Assembly (NCBI RefSeq): GCF_009914755.1
Contig: NC_060930.1
From: the human T2T-CHM13v2.0 reference genome, Homo sapiens
DNA: 64,000 nucleotides
Reading direction: 5' to 3' (one strand)
Shown here: piece after piece, positions 29,871 through 44,839 of the stretch
Numbering within the stretch: position 1 is the stretch's first letter
Layout of the letters: each line of letters begins with the position of its first letter
The notes under the pieces: model-generated
Databases searched by the model: none
What the model was told of the DNA's origin: nothing
What the model saw: the letters and a program-made list of their open reading frames with translations, nothing else
Translations under genes and position numbers: made by a program

Positions 29871-30344
29871 CATGGGAAAATGTATATAATGCATATCAAA
29901 ATATGATTGATATCCTTAAAAGATGACAACGTTTTAAAAGTCAACCAAAAAAATTACAAAACAGAAAAATGATGAACAAGCAATTTTTCAAGGTACTACA
30001 AAAGCAGATGAAAATATGTTTTCAACCCAACCCCCTAGTAGTCACAAATTAAACAATAATGAGAAAGCATATTTTTCCTTTAATATTTTCGATGAATATA
30101 AAGAATAATAAAACATTGTGTTGGTGAAATATTTAGAAACTACCAATTGTCTACAACGCAGAAGAGAGTCAATTGAGAACCATATTGACAACAAGTATTA
30201 AACCTTTGAATATGTGAATTATTTTGAACCTAGTAATACCATTACTTATAATGCTTTCTTAGAAAATTCACAAAAATTCTGTGTGAAGATGCAAGAATAA
30301 AGCAGCTCAGAGTGACATTATTTACAATTGCACAAAACTGGAAG

Positions 30345-30770
30345 TACTTGATTTGAACTGTGTGGGTCTATGTATACAAGGATTTTGTTCTGCCTCTGCT
30401 ACCTCTAAGACAGCAGGAACAGCCCTTCTTCTTCCTCTTCCTGTCTACTCAACAGGAAGATGAGGATGAAGAGGATGAAGACCTTTATGATTATTCACCT
30501 TCACTTAATAAATGGTATATATATTTTACCTTCCTTAGTATTTTCTTCATAACATTTTCTTTCTCTAGCTTTCTTTCTTTCTTGTAAGAATATAGTATAT
30601 AATACGTATAACATACAAAATACATGTTAATTGATTTTATATTATCACTAAGGTCAATAGCAGACTATTTAATAGTAGTTAAGTTTTTCACGAGTCAAAA
30701 TTTATATGCAGATTCTTTACTGGACAGGGTGTTGGCACCCCTAACCCTCATGTTGTTCAAAGGTCAACTA
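30345..30770 (+). mobile_element. Tigger2a-like DNA transposon
   Basis: gaggatgaagacctttatga core and terminal ttgttcaaaggtcaacta+TA. Confidence 0.8.
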
Positions 30771-31657
30771 TATATTGTATTTGTATAATAGAACACTATA
30801 TAATAATTTAAAATAATCTCATAAATAATATTGTCATAAACATGTTCATGTCACATTTATTTGAAATGTGCTTTCAAATACATGTATGTGAAAATATTTA
30901 ACATATATACATAAATATATGTTTTTACATACATGTATGTTTTATATGTATATATTTATATGTATATGAAGAAAATAGATTAATACAGCAATAATCATAT
31001 TTAAGTGGCAAGATTGTTGCTGATTTTTCACATTATCTTTCAAGATCTTTTGAATTAATCACATATTACTTCTTAAAGAGAAGTAATTGCAATTTTAAAA
31101 CATAAAGGTGAATTACATTATTTCCTTACTTTCTAATATTTAAGTTGCAGAAAGTTGCAACCTTTGAGTGTACACAGAAAAAGAGATATTGACTTCTCTT
31201 TCAAAGGTGCATACTAAGTACAGGCCTCTCTCTACTTCCTTGAATTTATAACAAATAAAATTTTAAAAAATTTAAATAATATTAACTTTATAACTCCACA
31301 ACAACGTCGGAAAACAAAAGTGGAACCTCTTGATAACCAAAGGAGACAGGAAACCCCTTTGGGAAGAAAATTAAGTAACATTCAATAAGAAAGGATAATC
31401 AAAACACAAAACAACAAGAAAGTACTAACAAAGGATGAAGTATTTGCACAAGAAAATGTTACACACCTGCAGAAAATCTGCTGGGAGTAGGTTTGTTCTC
31501 ATAAGAACAACACAAAAGATAATTAGCTGAGACGCCTTTGCAGGCACTAGCAAGTCAACTCTTCCATCTAGCTCCAATCTTGGGTTAGGTAGAAGCAAAA
31601 GGGGTTCTACCTCCAAGTAGACGCAGGAGCATGGGAGCTTGGATTAGAGAGACAAAG

Positions 31658-32283
31658 TGATATATGAGTTAAGAAGAAATCATTTAGGCAGATAATAAGG
31701 GTAAGGAAGTCTTTAGTAAGGTTTTCCTTATAATGAAAAGCAGCCCCCAAATCATTTTCTTTTCTAACAAAGAGCAGCCTGTAAAATCAAGCCACCTCAT
31801 AGCCAAGCAAGTTGGAAGCTTGCATGGGTGAATGCCCATATTTGTGCCAATAGGAAAAGGCTACGTGGGACTAGGAGTATTCAAAATGGTGGCTTGGTCT
31901 TTCCTTTTCCTTTCCAATCACGTGTGCACTAGGGAGCAGACAACATGGCACTGGCCAGGTGAAAAGCCTATTTGCATAATAAGATTAGGACGGGTGGCCA
32001 GCTTCCCCACACACTATATAAATGACCACCTGGTCCAACCAATCTTTAGGTCCTACATAAATCAGAGACCGCCTGCACAAGCCTGTCTATAAAAATCCGG
32101 TGCACAAAGACCCACTGGGGTGCCCCCACTCTCTCACATGAAAGAGAGTTGATCTCCATTCTCTTTCTTTTGCCTGTTAAACCTCCACTCTTAAACTCAT
32201 GCCTTGTGTGATTCTGTGTCCTTAATTTTCTTGGCATGAGGCAACAAACCTCGGCTATTAACCCAGACAATGATGCCACTTCA
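31658..32283 (+). mobile_element. ERV1 solo LTR (LTR9-like)
   Basis: tgatatatgagttaagaagaaatc...gccacttca; TATA-like ctataaaaa; near-TSD aaag/agag. Confidence 0.75.
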
Positions 32284-33199
32284 AGAGCAGGGCCAGCAAC
32301 TCCCAGGACTAGAGAGAATTGGGAAGCAGGTCACTAATATCTCAGAATTCATTTCAAGACATGGCCTGATGCTCGCTCACTTTAATTGAAAGTATGCAGG
32401 TGTATCAGCCTTAACTACATGACGTTAAAATAGTAGGATAATGAGGAAAACCTTTTCTGACAACTATCAAAACATGTAATAAAAAAGATGTCCCCAAAAA
32501 TGTGGACATATACCATATTTATGGATGAGAAAACTCAACATTGTGGAGTTGCAATTCTTTCCAAACTATTGTTCAAAGTATATACAATGTCCTATAATGT
32601 CAGTAAAGCTTCTTCACAAAAAATGATGTGCTGATTCTAAACTAGACACTTGGACGGGTGAACATCAGTGGTTTCTGGATTTCAGAAATTAGTTTTAGTT
32701 TAGATTCAGAGTTCAGTAAATGCCTAGAGTTCTAGGAATTTCCCTTTCTTCATTATATTGCTACCCTGGAAGATGAGCACAAGAATATTTGGACAGGATT
32801 TAAGGGAAGATTGTCATAAAATTCTTTCTTCTTTCCACCTCTTCTTTTATGAAAGAGGTAGTGAGTCTTTTATTGACTGAGGGTTGGAAATGAGTAAAGT
32901 GGCATGACTATGTAACTCAATCAAGCTCTATGGGCAGGAACTAGAAGATTTTTACTTATAGAGATAAGGCAGCATTTCAGAAGGGTGTCTATTTTAGTTC
33001 TGGTGTCCCTGTGAATAACTACCCTCTGCTAGTGATAATTTCTGGTCAGAACCTTTTGATTATCTCTTTGGCTCTGATGCCTTTTACATTGCCTGTCTTG
33101 TGGTTAATTATTCCCATTTGTTACCTTCCACTCTGGTATCTCATTCTTTTTGGAAAACCAGAGAGCCCATTTCAATGGTAACATTTCATATTGTCATTC

Positions 33200-33825
33200 T
33201 GTCAGAGGCGTTTGAACAACAGACATTCCATTTTGAAAGGGGACTGGGTAAAATGAGGCTGTGACCTAGTGGGCTGCATTCCCAGGAGGTTAGGCATTCT
33301 AAGTCACAGGATGATAGGAGGTCAGCAAAAGATATGGGTCACAAAGGCTTTGCTGATAAAGCAGGTTGTGGTAAAGAAGTCAGGCAAAACCCACCAAATC
33401 CAAGATGGCAATGCAATTGACTTCTTGTTGTCCTCACTGCTCATTATATGCTAATTATATTACATTCACATGCTAAAAGACACTCTCACCAGCCCATGAC
33501 AGTTTACAGATGCCAAAGTAACTTCAGGAAGTTACCCTATATGGTCTAAAAGGGGAGGAACCCTCAGTTCCAGAAATTGCCCACCCCTTTCTTGGAAAAC
33601 TCATGAATAACCCATCTCCTGTTTAGCATATAATCAAGAAATAGCTATACATATCCTTAGTCCAGCAGCCCAAGCTGCTGCTGTGCCTATGGAGTAGCCA
33701 TTCTTTATTCCTTTACTTTCTTAATAAACTTGCTTTCACTTTATGAACTTGCCCTGAAATTACTTCTTGTGCAAGGTCTAAGAACCCCCTCTTGGGGTCT
33801 GGATCAGGACCCCTTTCTGGTAACA
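33200..33825 (+). mobile_element. MER41B-like solo LTR
   Basis: tgtcagaggcgtttgaac...ctggtaaca, AATAAA, perfect 4-bp TSD attc. Confidence 0.9.
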
Positions 33826-34449
33826 ATTCCTTTCAAGGATTATGGTGCCTATCTCAAAATGTACATTTAATATTTAATACTACTGTAATGTACCACATCC
33901 ACTTGGCACTGGTTATCCTACTTACCTTGGCCTACTTCTTTCTTTTTAGACAGAACTTATCATTATGTGGCATATTATACTTTCCTAATTCATTATGTTT
34001 GTTTATTTTTTATAGTATATCTCTCCTCTGCTCCCTTACCACCACTGGAATATAAGTAAGTTTCACAGTGGTAAGGACCTTTATCTGTTCTTCTTACTGA
34101 CGAATCCCATGTTGGAATATTTTCTGGCTCATGATTGCATTCAGTAGTTATGAATTAATGAGTGAAAGAATAGAATGAATATATACCTCAAATTTTTAAT
34201 AATGAGAAGGTCTCTGAGCCGTCTCAATAGACATCGTTAAAAGAGTACATGACTGGGTCTCACATTATAAATCTATTCTATCAGTTCTATCTTCCTAAGG
34301 CTTTGAATATCTTCCAAAGGTTGTCTGATATTATAAATTTCTGCTAAGTTTAAGTATGCATGATAGTCTCTAAGGTTTATTTATTAAACAAAGTAAACTT
34401 ATTGTCTCCAAAATGCTCTACAAACTAAATTAAGAATCTGTTTTTGCAA

Positions 34450-35018
34450 TCAACCCTGTCAAAAGAATGGTTTGGCACTTAACCGGTTCCTTGTACCCAG
34501 GATTTCTAAGTCCTTCGAATATCTTGTCTGATAAGACTATATTTGTTTTCTTGGGGGTCTTGAGTCACACCAGATAGCCTAGGCTAACAATGTAATTCCT
34601 GATAGAGGCCTTGGGCCACATAGTATGAGCTTGATTTCTAGAAGAACTGGAGACTAAGATCAGATATTCAGGCAGTCAGACATATCTATGTGACCAACCC
34701 CAATAAAAGCCCTTGAACTGAGGCTTGGGTGAGTTTCCCTGGTTGGCAATATTTTATACATATTTTTAAATATCATTAGTGAGAGAAATAAGCATTGTCT
34801 CAATTACTCCACTGGAAGAGAGCAACTAGAAGTTTCACATCTGTTCTGTCTTGGATCCTGCTTTCTGGATCCCTTTGCTGATTCCTTTTGTTGATTATAA
34901 TTTGTATCTTTTCATCGCAACAAGCCATAACCATGTATATAATAGCTTTTCTGAGTTCTATGATTCCTTTTAGTGAATTATTGAATCTGAGGGTAGTCTC
35001 AGAACCTCCCAAATTGCA
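34450..35018 (+). mobile_element. MER21-like LTR fragment
   Basis: gtgagtttccctggttggcaat and gtgaattattgaatctgaggg motifs. Confidence 0.7.
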
Positions 35019-37304
35019 CTATGATAAGTGTAGTACTATGAATAAAATCAGCCCAAGCCCTCCCCATTCTTTGATTTAGAACCAATAGAATTCATTTCAA
35101 TTATATGCTCCACATTTTTGTTGATATGCAACTTAGCAAAATCTTTCATTTAATCACCAGTAAAGAAGATAAAATTATGGAAATGTGAATAGCTGTATAG
35201 GTTGAAGAAATGGTCTAAAATTGGTAAATTGAGATAATGAAAGGCGAACGGTAAGCTGTTTCCTAATCTCTACCCAGTATTCCCAGGGTGGTGTGGGCAA
35301 GTGGATGGGAGCATTTAAAAAAGGGATTGTAAAACTGTGTACACCCCAGGGATAAAGTTCTGGAAAATAATATAGTGAATGTGCTTGTTGAAAAAGAAAA
35401 CTATCCTATATTTGCCTCCCAAAATAATCATTCCACTCCATTTGGCATTCAATAGATCTCATTAAAAGTATTATATTCAGATTACATTTTGTCATTACAA
35501 TAGAAAACCAATTTTAGTGTCATAAATAAAATGATAAGGTTCATTAAATAAAATGTTTAAGGAAAGTTTCATGGAAATGGACATATTCAGTCTGTTGGAA
35601 AGATAATAATAAAACATGATATTTAATGATACCTAGAGGGCCATTTTCAAAGTGATTTGGGTCATTTGTTTCTAGTTGACAGGAAAATAATTATAAGGCA
35701 AGAAGAATTCAAATTAATTAAAAGGGATTGGACCGGGTGGCTACACATACAATTTCATGTACTATGTTATCCAGGCTAGATCCTTGGTGTAGTTAACATT
35801 CCCTTATTATCCAACCCAAGTTAACCATTAGCTTTGGGCCATTCAATACTTATTCCAGAAAGTAAAGTATACTTCAAAATACATTTGCAAACATGTACAT
35901 AAAGAATATTGGTGGAGGTGATTCTAGAGGAAAATTACTACTGGCATGCTCCCAAGATCCCTTTCACCTGTTTAATATATTTTCCCAATAATTTGGATAA
36001 AGTTGTCTCCATGATATCCTGAAATTATTGTGTGTCTTCTCATATAGCTTTTAATATCTGGAAGAGATGAAATATATTTTTATCAGATTTTGCATTCTTA
36101 CTGCATAACGTGGGATCTTATACATCTCAGATGCTCAGTAAATGTTTAATAGAAAACAAAGTCATGATGGAAAATAACAATAGTCTGGGGAAGGAATGTT
36201 ACAAAAATAGATTTTAGTCGAATAAATTACAATTCCACATATGGTTCCAAAAGTCCAAATTCATGACTATGCAATGGAGTACATGGCCTGGCACACTGCA
36301 TACATTAAAGGCTGGAAAGGTTTTAGATGACAGTACAGTTTTAATTAAAATTGTCATTAGCATAATATCATTGTCCAAAAACAATATTAATTGGAATATA
36401 TTTTTTGAATGCTGATTACATCACACATAGAATATAGGACTTATTTCTGCATGCCATTCTTTGAAAGTTACAAAATAATGTAATGGTTCACATAAGAAAG
36501 AAGTCAAGCGACTGCTAAGCTGGGGACTTATATAGAAGTGTTGAAGATTTGGGCTGCTTATTACTACACTATTTTAGAGAAGAGACTATGCATGGGGGAG
36601 TAGTGTAGCTAACTATTTGAAGAGTTGCTATGTGACAAAGAAATCAGGTTTTTTTTTTGCTGTAGCCCTTTAGGGCAACCCTAGGATTATAAGTAGAGCC
36701 CATATATTTTTTTCTTTTTTCAGATCAATTGAAATTCCTCACATGCCAGGCAGTTTTATCACAAGAGAGATTAAAGTTAAGTCCCTACCAAAGGAACTTT
36801 GGTGTCTAAACAAGCTGTAGACCAACCACTTGGCAGCAAATATACTGGATTTCAAAAAAACGAGATGAGCCAAATGACCTCTAAAGTCGCTTCAAATCTT
36901 CTTGAAATTCCATAATTCTATACTTTTTTCATCAGTCTAGCGTTTAACCTTGAAACAACAATAACCATAACAACAAAGAATACTTGGTTACTGTGGCTAT
37001 ATTTCTTGGCAACATTGTATTTGTTCTCTTGCAAAGCTCTTATCATGCCCCATAAGTATCCGTGAGGCCATTTTTAACAAACTAACTATAAGCCTTTGGA
37101 GAAAAACTGCCACTGAATTCACTCAGCAAATATTAAATGGGTACCTACTATGTGGCAGGCCCTGTGGTAGGAATGCAGGATTACATGACAGGAAGCTTCC
37201 TTTAACACACTCATCTGGGGTGGAGGGTAGGGGTGAGGTGAGCATGGATATAATGAAACAGCTGTCAAATTAGGTTAATGGTACTAAACTAGAAATGTAT
37301 ATAG

Positions 37305-37388
37305 GAGGTATGAAGGGAATGGCGAAAGTGAACAAGATGCCAGGAAGAGGTATGAAGGGAATGGCCAAAGTGAACAAGATCCCAGGAA
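37305..37388. repeat. 42-bp tandem duplication
   Basis: gaggtatgaagggaatggc(g/c)aaagtgaacaagat(g/c)ccaggaa x2. Confidence 0.95.
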
Positions 37389-37516
37389 GAAGTTACAGAA
37401 AACTATGCCTGTAATGAACATGTTTGAAGACAATGTGATTTTTGTGCTTGGCAGGGGCTAGATCATGAATGTCCTCAAATCCAAAAAAAAAAAAAAAAAA
37501 TGATGCTGACATCACA

Positions 37517-37741
37517 CAAGCTTCTCCAACCACCTTACTTTGTTGTTGTCATTCTGTTTTGTTTTAGGGCTTTTAGCAGCCTGAAGCCATGGGTTTTAGT
37601 TTCTGTCTCTAGTGATAAGTTGAAAAGAGGGATGAGGAATAGGCTTAAGTTGAAAAGAGGGATGAGGAATAGGCTTTACTGGCCCAACCAGAAACAGAAA
37701 CTAAGAACCCATGACTGTATTCTCTCCTTTGGATGCCCCTG
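37517..37741 (-). mobile_element. hAT-Charlie MITE with MER30-type termini, containing a perfect 30-bp tandem duplication (37616-37675)
   Basis: Ends caagcttctccaacc and ttggatgcccctg match the reverse-complemented ends of the MER30 at 55678-55900. Confidence 0.75.
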
Positions 37742-38385
37742 ATAGATACTTGTCACAGTGTTTTGTGGTACACCAGGTCCTCCATGTTCTTAATACGTGT
37801 AGTATGGAAAGAGGTTGTATAATAAACATAGTTCTATGAGTCACAACTGTGAAAAATTCTGTAGAAGCCTCTTTAACCTTGCTGAATCAGTGTCTTCTAC
37901 ATTATTTGCTGAAAGAATCTTAAAAATACCTTTTAATGTCTCTTAGAAATGTTCATGGAAAACAATTAAGGAAGTGCTCTCCCACAGACATAGGGAGTCA
38001 AGAGAGTCTTGAAGAGTCAGGACAAAACATGAACCAATTTTTATTTAGCAAAAACATCGTCTTGGTTCAGAAGTAGAAGTGGAATAGTATGAGGCAAAGA
38101 GGATCCTTGAGAGTAATCGAAGTAGGAAAAGATCAAGCCTTATGGTCAACTCTTAATGTCAAGAGCCAAGGCTATTGTTTCTCCTTGTCAGACACCACCA
38201 TTGAAACATTTCTTACACTTCATACACTGTTTCCATTCTCAATATTCTGTTTTGTTGTTAAGTATTTTTTTCCCTCTCTTTTTTTTCCAGGCTTTGGAAA
38301 ATGTTCCCATGAAAATAGCATGTGTCAACCATATCAGTTTTATGTGAACACCTTTAATGAAGTATATGTGATTTCTGTTAAAATT

Positions 38386-38486
38386 ACACACACACACACG
38401 TATATATATACACGTCTATACAGAGATGTATACATATATAGATGTATACATATGTGTGTGTGTGTGTGTGTGCGTGTGTGTGTGTG
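38386..38486. repeat. Compound (CA)n/(TA)n/(TG)n microsatellite
   Basis: Directly visible. Confidence 0.95.
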
Positions 38487-39269
38487 TTTATTTTTAGATC
38501 CTCTATTTGCTTATTTTGTGTCAAGGGAGCTGAAGATATGGCCACTTTTAGCAGATGGGGCTCACCTGCAAAACAGACAGAAAGGAGCAAAAAGGTCCCC
38601 AGAGGCAGCATGCTCAGCATGGGAGGGTCTCTTCTTGAACCTCACTCCCAGGTACCTCATTCTTATTCCTTCTTTCAGCCCATTTCTGGGCTGTGTGGCC
38701 TCACAGAGTCTTGTCTTCAATTTCCTGTGGTACTGGCCTTTGACATGATTGACTCTGCATTTTTGCAGTGATGATCTTTCCCCTGCACCTATCTAGTTTA
38801 TTTCACTGGTGTTTTCCTTCTCCTTTGTACAGTCAGCTGAAACATTTAGTATATTCCTAATCCAGAGAAACTAACTCCTCCCAGGCTAAACAAGGCTGTG
38901 TCCCTTAGAAGGCAAATGAGTCAGGACAGATACTCAGACAAAGGATATCTTCAGCACTTAAATAAGAAAGAAAACCATTCCCAGAAATTACTAGGAGTAG
39001 AAAATAGAAGCTCTTTAGGAATACAACTGGCTAAAAAATATGCACTTTGCTTATTTATTTTGTAGAGCTTATTTTCCAGGGATCTTAGTCTCTGGCCAGA
39101 TTCAGCCACAGCTCTCAGGCATTGACACTTGTGAAAATAGACATTCTGGTGATGCTTTAGAATATGGCATTGCCAAGGACAAAGAAAAAAAAAGGCAACA
39201 CCTGACATCTGAGAACTGGTCTGATGCTCATAGGTAATCCATGTTCTCAGGTTGAAGTTAAACGATCTG

Positions 39270-40154
39270 AGATAGTAATAAAGTGGGACAAAAACAAGAT
39301 CTATTTTTGTTGGCACAACCAGCAAAATATCAAATAGTTCCCCCTTCCAATTAATATGAGTGACTGTTGGATCCTCTTTGTACCATTATCCACTTCTTCC
39401 CATTGATAATATTTCTTTCAATGCCTAATCGTAGAATTATTCTACCTTCCTGACAGTATACAATCCAGAACGAAGGCCCACTTCTTTAGATTCTCCTCAA
39501 AATTACTCAACATTGAAAGCCCAAATCTTGTAATAGGTACTTTCTAACAATTTACTGATATACTTCGTGATTTCCCCTTGTGTCTGTTCTTTCTCATTTT
39601 AGTGAGCTAGAACAGGAATTTTAAAAAAATTAAAGAATGTGTAAGCAGAAATTCAGGTGTATGTAAGAAAACCCAATTCCCCCTGAGAAAAAGAAAGAGC
39701 TGGAATCCTTAAAAAATTAACTGCCTGTTTTTCTGTGGCTAGTGAGCCTTGTCTCTCCTCTTTTCCCAGACATTGTGAAGACCCTGTTTCTCTAGCTGTG
39801 CAGCTGCAAGGTCACTAGACAGATAAACTCAAGTCATAAAACATGTTTTTCCTTAAAAAGTAAGAAATGATGTAATGCATGTTTCAATTAATTGAATAAC
39901 TGTTTTTTATTTCTTGCTTCTGTAATATGCTTCCCCCTGTACAGATCTCCCCCACCCCACCCCGCCCCACAAAATGCTTAAAAGGTAACTTAACTCTTTG
40001 TTCAGGGCTCAGTCCTTTGGATGTTAATCCAACTGGACCGGTGAACCTAAATAATAAATATCCTCCTGAACCCCACTGGTCTCTGATTCCTTATCAATCC
40101 CACTACAGAGCAACAAACTCAACTTGTTCAATTACAAGTGTATTTCCAGGGATC
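39270..40154 (+). mobile_element. Older ERV1 LTR (MER67/MER31-like) split by a younger LTR
   Basis: 3' end aactcaacttgttcaa...ctttggctagagggcattgaca; 5' boundary uncertain. Confidence 0.5.
39608..40107 (+). mobile_element. ERV1 solo LTR (LTR15-like), 500 bp
   Basis: Perfect 4-bp TSD gagc, ends ...cactaca, AATAAA near 40053. Confidence 0.75.
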
Positions 40155-40807
40155 TTTGGCTAGAGGGCATTGACACCAAAGAACAGAAAGGATTTGCTAA
40201 AATTAATGATGTCAGTTGATAATAGATTAATAACATCTATTAGTAAGATATTATCATAACTAAAGTTGATAAATATTGTGCAAATAATATTATTATAAAT
40301 TCTCCTTATTTTTCCTGAGAGACAGTAATATATAAATAGATATTAGTAAAATAATAATTGAAATCTTATAAAAGTGACAGTAAATCAGTCCCAAACCTTA
40401 TCCCACAAATTGAATTATTTTTAGATTCGATCTTGCTTCTTAGAAGCCTATGTCCATATTTATATATAACTTTATATATTTTAATTCTCTTAGCTGTACA
40501 ACCAGACCAGTTCAAGTCAACATGGTAAAAATATAATTGAGTATATGGTTTTACCAGTTAAAACCTATACACTTCATATTAGGTAAAATAGAATCTGAGC
40601 TAAATACCTATCTAAAACCCCACTTTCCGAGATCCTTTAACTTGGCTCTTTATGAAAAAAGCAAAATAAATTAGTTACAATTATAAATACCCAAGATGGA
40701 ATGACAACAGTATATAATTAACTAAACATAAAAATTTACATCTTTTAATAAATCATGGTGTGTTTCTTATATTAATTTTCAACCCCTCCCCACTAAGGTA
40801 CTGGTGA

Positions 40808-41152
<345 letters not shown>

Positions 41153-42472
41153 TTCTGCAATTACACAAAGTTCTTTTAAAGTACAGGTATTCGTTCATCA
41201 AGAATGTTTCTAAAGAGGTCTTATTTACATTGGAAAATCCCTGCCCCTAGTTGCTTATTACCAGAAATGGTTTCTCTTTCTTGGTCCAGCCCTAGAGATA
41301 TTCATTGCCTGAGTATCTGTCTTGTTTCTGTTCTTCTCCAACTGTAAGGCAGGAGGGAGTTCACTTTGCTTTTCCATGGATGAAAAGGCTAACTTCCAAA
41401 TTGCATCCCAAGTAAAACTGAATTCTGGCATTGTTTGTCAACCTGGGTAATAAGATATACTTTGTGCGATTACAATAAGCACACTCGGGTCACAGTATAC
41501 CAGGCATTTTATGACCCAGCTATTTAATACCAACTCACTAATCTTATAGACAGAATGATTTTAGTAAATGTTTAACTTTGCATTCTTTTTTTCTCTTAAC
41601 AGTGTAACATAAGCAGTTTCTATACAAATTTCACAGAATTATTTTAGTAGGGTTCTTAACAATATTTCATTATTTCATGTAATAAATATACAATAATTGT
41701 TAAAATAGTCCTCTGTCATTAGACATTTAAATTTTGCTATGAAATATTTGGGAGTACCTGTTTTATTAGATGATACTCTGTAAACCCATTTTTGTCACGT
41801 GTGTGTGCTGAAAGTAACTAAGAGGTTAAATCAGTTATCATACTTGTTAAAATCATGCAACCAGCAAAATATGCAAGTGAGGATGGTAATGTAATTGTGT
41901 GGAACCACATCAAATGGGGATGATTAAAACTTTCCTGTCTCTTCTGCACATGGGCAGCTTTTTTTTTTCAAAATCCATTTAGTTAGGCACATTAAATATT
42001 TACTTTACATGTTGCAACAAAATTTTAAAAACATATTATTTTGGAGAATTGCCATATAGTCTTCCATTCCTGCTCAGAACCGGACTAGTTTTCATAAGCC
42101 TGGTAAATACTTGACAATTTAGTGACTGACTTGAAGACTAGCTAGTGAGTAGCTACTTGACCAGAAGTTGAGAATTTCTGTGTGAGGGAAATGACAGAAA
42201 CAGGAATAGAAAAGGAGGGAGAGGGGAGAGTAGTATGAAAGATGGAGAAGAGAGAAAAGAGTTAATCTACCTTCAAGAAGATTCCCAGTTGGAAATTCTC
42301 CCCGGTTTGCCCCCCTGTTGACTTGTGTTAAAATTTCAGAATTACTTTACAGCCACATCTACAGACAGTCTGTCTTGATCCTTGGTTTATGTCATTCTAA
42401 CAATGCTTTGATCACATTTATACACCTTACTTTCTTCCTTATTTAAAGTTTTCTCTTTAAAAATAACATCTT

Positions 42473-42856
<384 letters not shown>

Positions 42857-44681
42857 CTAATAAACTCTCCTCTAATCAGAGAGCAAGCTTTACTAAATGA
42901 AACTATGAATCCAATAACATCTTTGCAAAGCTATACTGGGGCTATTTGAAATCACCTCTTTGCTTTAAACATATTCCAGACATCCTGCTTCTGTTTATTT
43001 ATATTCATTATGGTTCCTTTTCTCAGTGTCATTTACTTCTAAAATGCAAGGTTGTGAGGCTCTCCTCAATGCAGGTGAGGATGGTAATGTAATTGTGTGG
43101 GACTAAGTCACCAAATGGGGGTGATTAACAACTTTCCTGTCTTCTGCACATGCGCAGCATTTGCTCAAAGTTACTGCCAATTAGCAAGAGAGTGGTACTC
43201 TTGTGTCATTTTTTAAATTAATTACATTTCTCAACTGTTCTGAGAGCATAACAGAAAAATCAATTGACAGATTTGAATAAATCTTGACATTGATTATAAG
43301 TTGTGAGCCTGGGACTTTCTTTTCTAAGTCTCTTGAAAAGTTGAATGCTAATCTTTTCAGCTAACTTGCTTTATGTTACATTGCTATCAGTCAATCACGC
43401 TTGTAATTGACTTTTGCTTTTATAGCAATACTCATATGACTTTAAGGATGACTGAGTCCACTTTTGTTCTAGTTTCTTCATTGAATACCAGATATCCCAG
43501 AAAGACTATTAATCATAATTTTAAGATCCTTCAAGTAAAAACCTCTCCAAACTAAAACATTAAAATTCACTCAGTGGACAGACTTTAAGTCAAGATAAGC
43601 ACTTAAATACTTGTATAATATATGCCATATTAAAAAATCAAAATTTTAAAAAGTTTGTGCCTTTAATGAGTACACACATATACAGAAATAAATTATAGAT
43701 TCTCTAGTATATCAGCACCTACCTTTAATAAGTGCTGTCCTCAGAAACTAATATTAATCAATGAATGTCTTGAAAACCATTTGAAGACTGAGCAGTTCTA
43801 TGCATTATCCTTGTTAAAGTCAAAAACTAATTTCATGGCAACCGCTACTTCTGTCATTTGCTGAATATTAACATTTTTTTCTGGGGGACTTTTATAAGCA
43901 AGAAACAACAAATCCTTTCTCATTATTTCAAACAAAGCAAATTTCTACTTATAAAACAGAATATGTACAACAGAATGTCTGAAAAATCTGATATTTTTGA
44001 TAGAACCAATGTTTAACATAAACCTTTAAGATTTATTTTGAATATCATAATTATGAATAAGTAGTAAATTGGTGGAGATGCTGATTCCAGATAAATTCGG
44101 GAAGAAAATCTGATCAACTGAATCTTAAATTCTCAAGGAAGTGACAAATAATAATTAATGTTTATCTTTGGAAAAATTTTATAGCTGTTAGGAAACTGAA
44201 TTACCTCCATGCTTTATTCTATTTGTTCCTTAACTCTACATGGTGAAAGTATATGCAGGAGCTGATAATGTCTTAATTCCTTGAATCATCTTTATATTTC
44301 ACAGTCCAAATTCAACATATGCATTATTTTATACATAACTATTTATATAACCATAAAATCCTTGTACCTAAACAGTAGAAAATCCAGGTTTCACAAACTG
44401 AGGAAATGAGACAAAAATATAGATCTACCTCAGAATGTATCCATGATTGTAGATGCACTTTAACATGGCAACTATATGGCAAGCTCAAGGTTTGGAGGAA
44501 TATGGAATTATTCCCTCTCCCCTCTCCTTCTTGCCAAAATTTACTCACAGGAAATGTGAATGAGGAATTTGAGTGAAACAGAGAGAATAAGAAAGACAAC
44601 GGGCAATAGAATTTCTAAGTGGAAATGTTTATGTCCCTCTCTCAATAAAGTGTTATCTTGGTAACTGATGTGAGTTATTAC

Positions 44682-44839
44682 CTGCCCAATCACAGCCCGG
44701 GGACTTGTGGTGTTTCCACTTATCACAACAGTCCTGATGTGGTCTCGATAGGAAGCTACGCTCCTGAGTACATTCAGTAGAAACACTGAAGTAGAAGAGA
44801 CTTCTAACTTCTCAAGATACTCCAAAGCAGAACTGGCTT
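44682..44839 (-). other. Candidate internal exon of an unidentified gene or pseudogene
   Basis: ttttaag| ... CAG|gtaata; one open frame ASSALEYLEKLEVSSTSVFLLNVLRSVASYRDHIRTVVISGNTTSPRAVIGQ; retains 3 CpGs; no protein recognised. Confidence 0.3.

Noticed and set aside
38089-38771. 219-aa and 109-aa plus-strand ORFs and a possible exon at 38526-38651
   Set aside because: ORFs cross a microsatellite, show no recognisable domain, and the splice signals are weak
39066-39233. Symmetric plus-strand exon-like segment with an open frame
   Set aside because: Abuts and probably overlaps old LTR sequence; no partner exons or homology recognised
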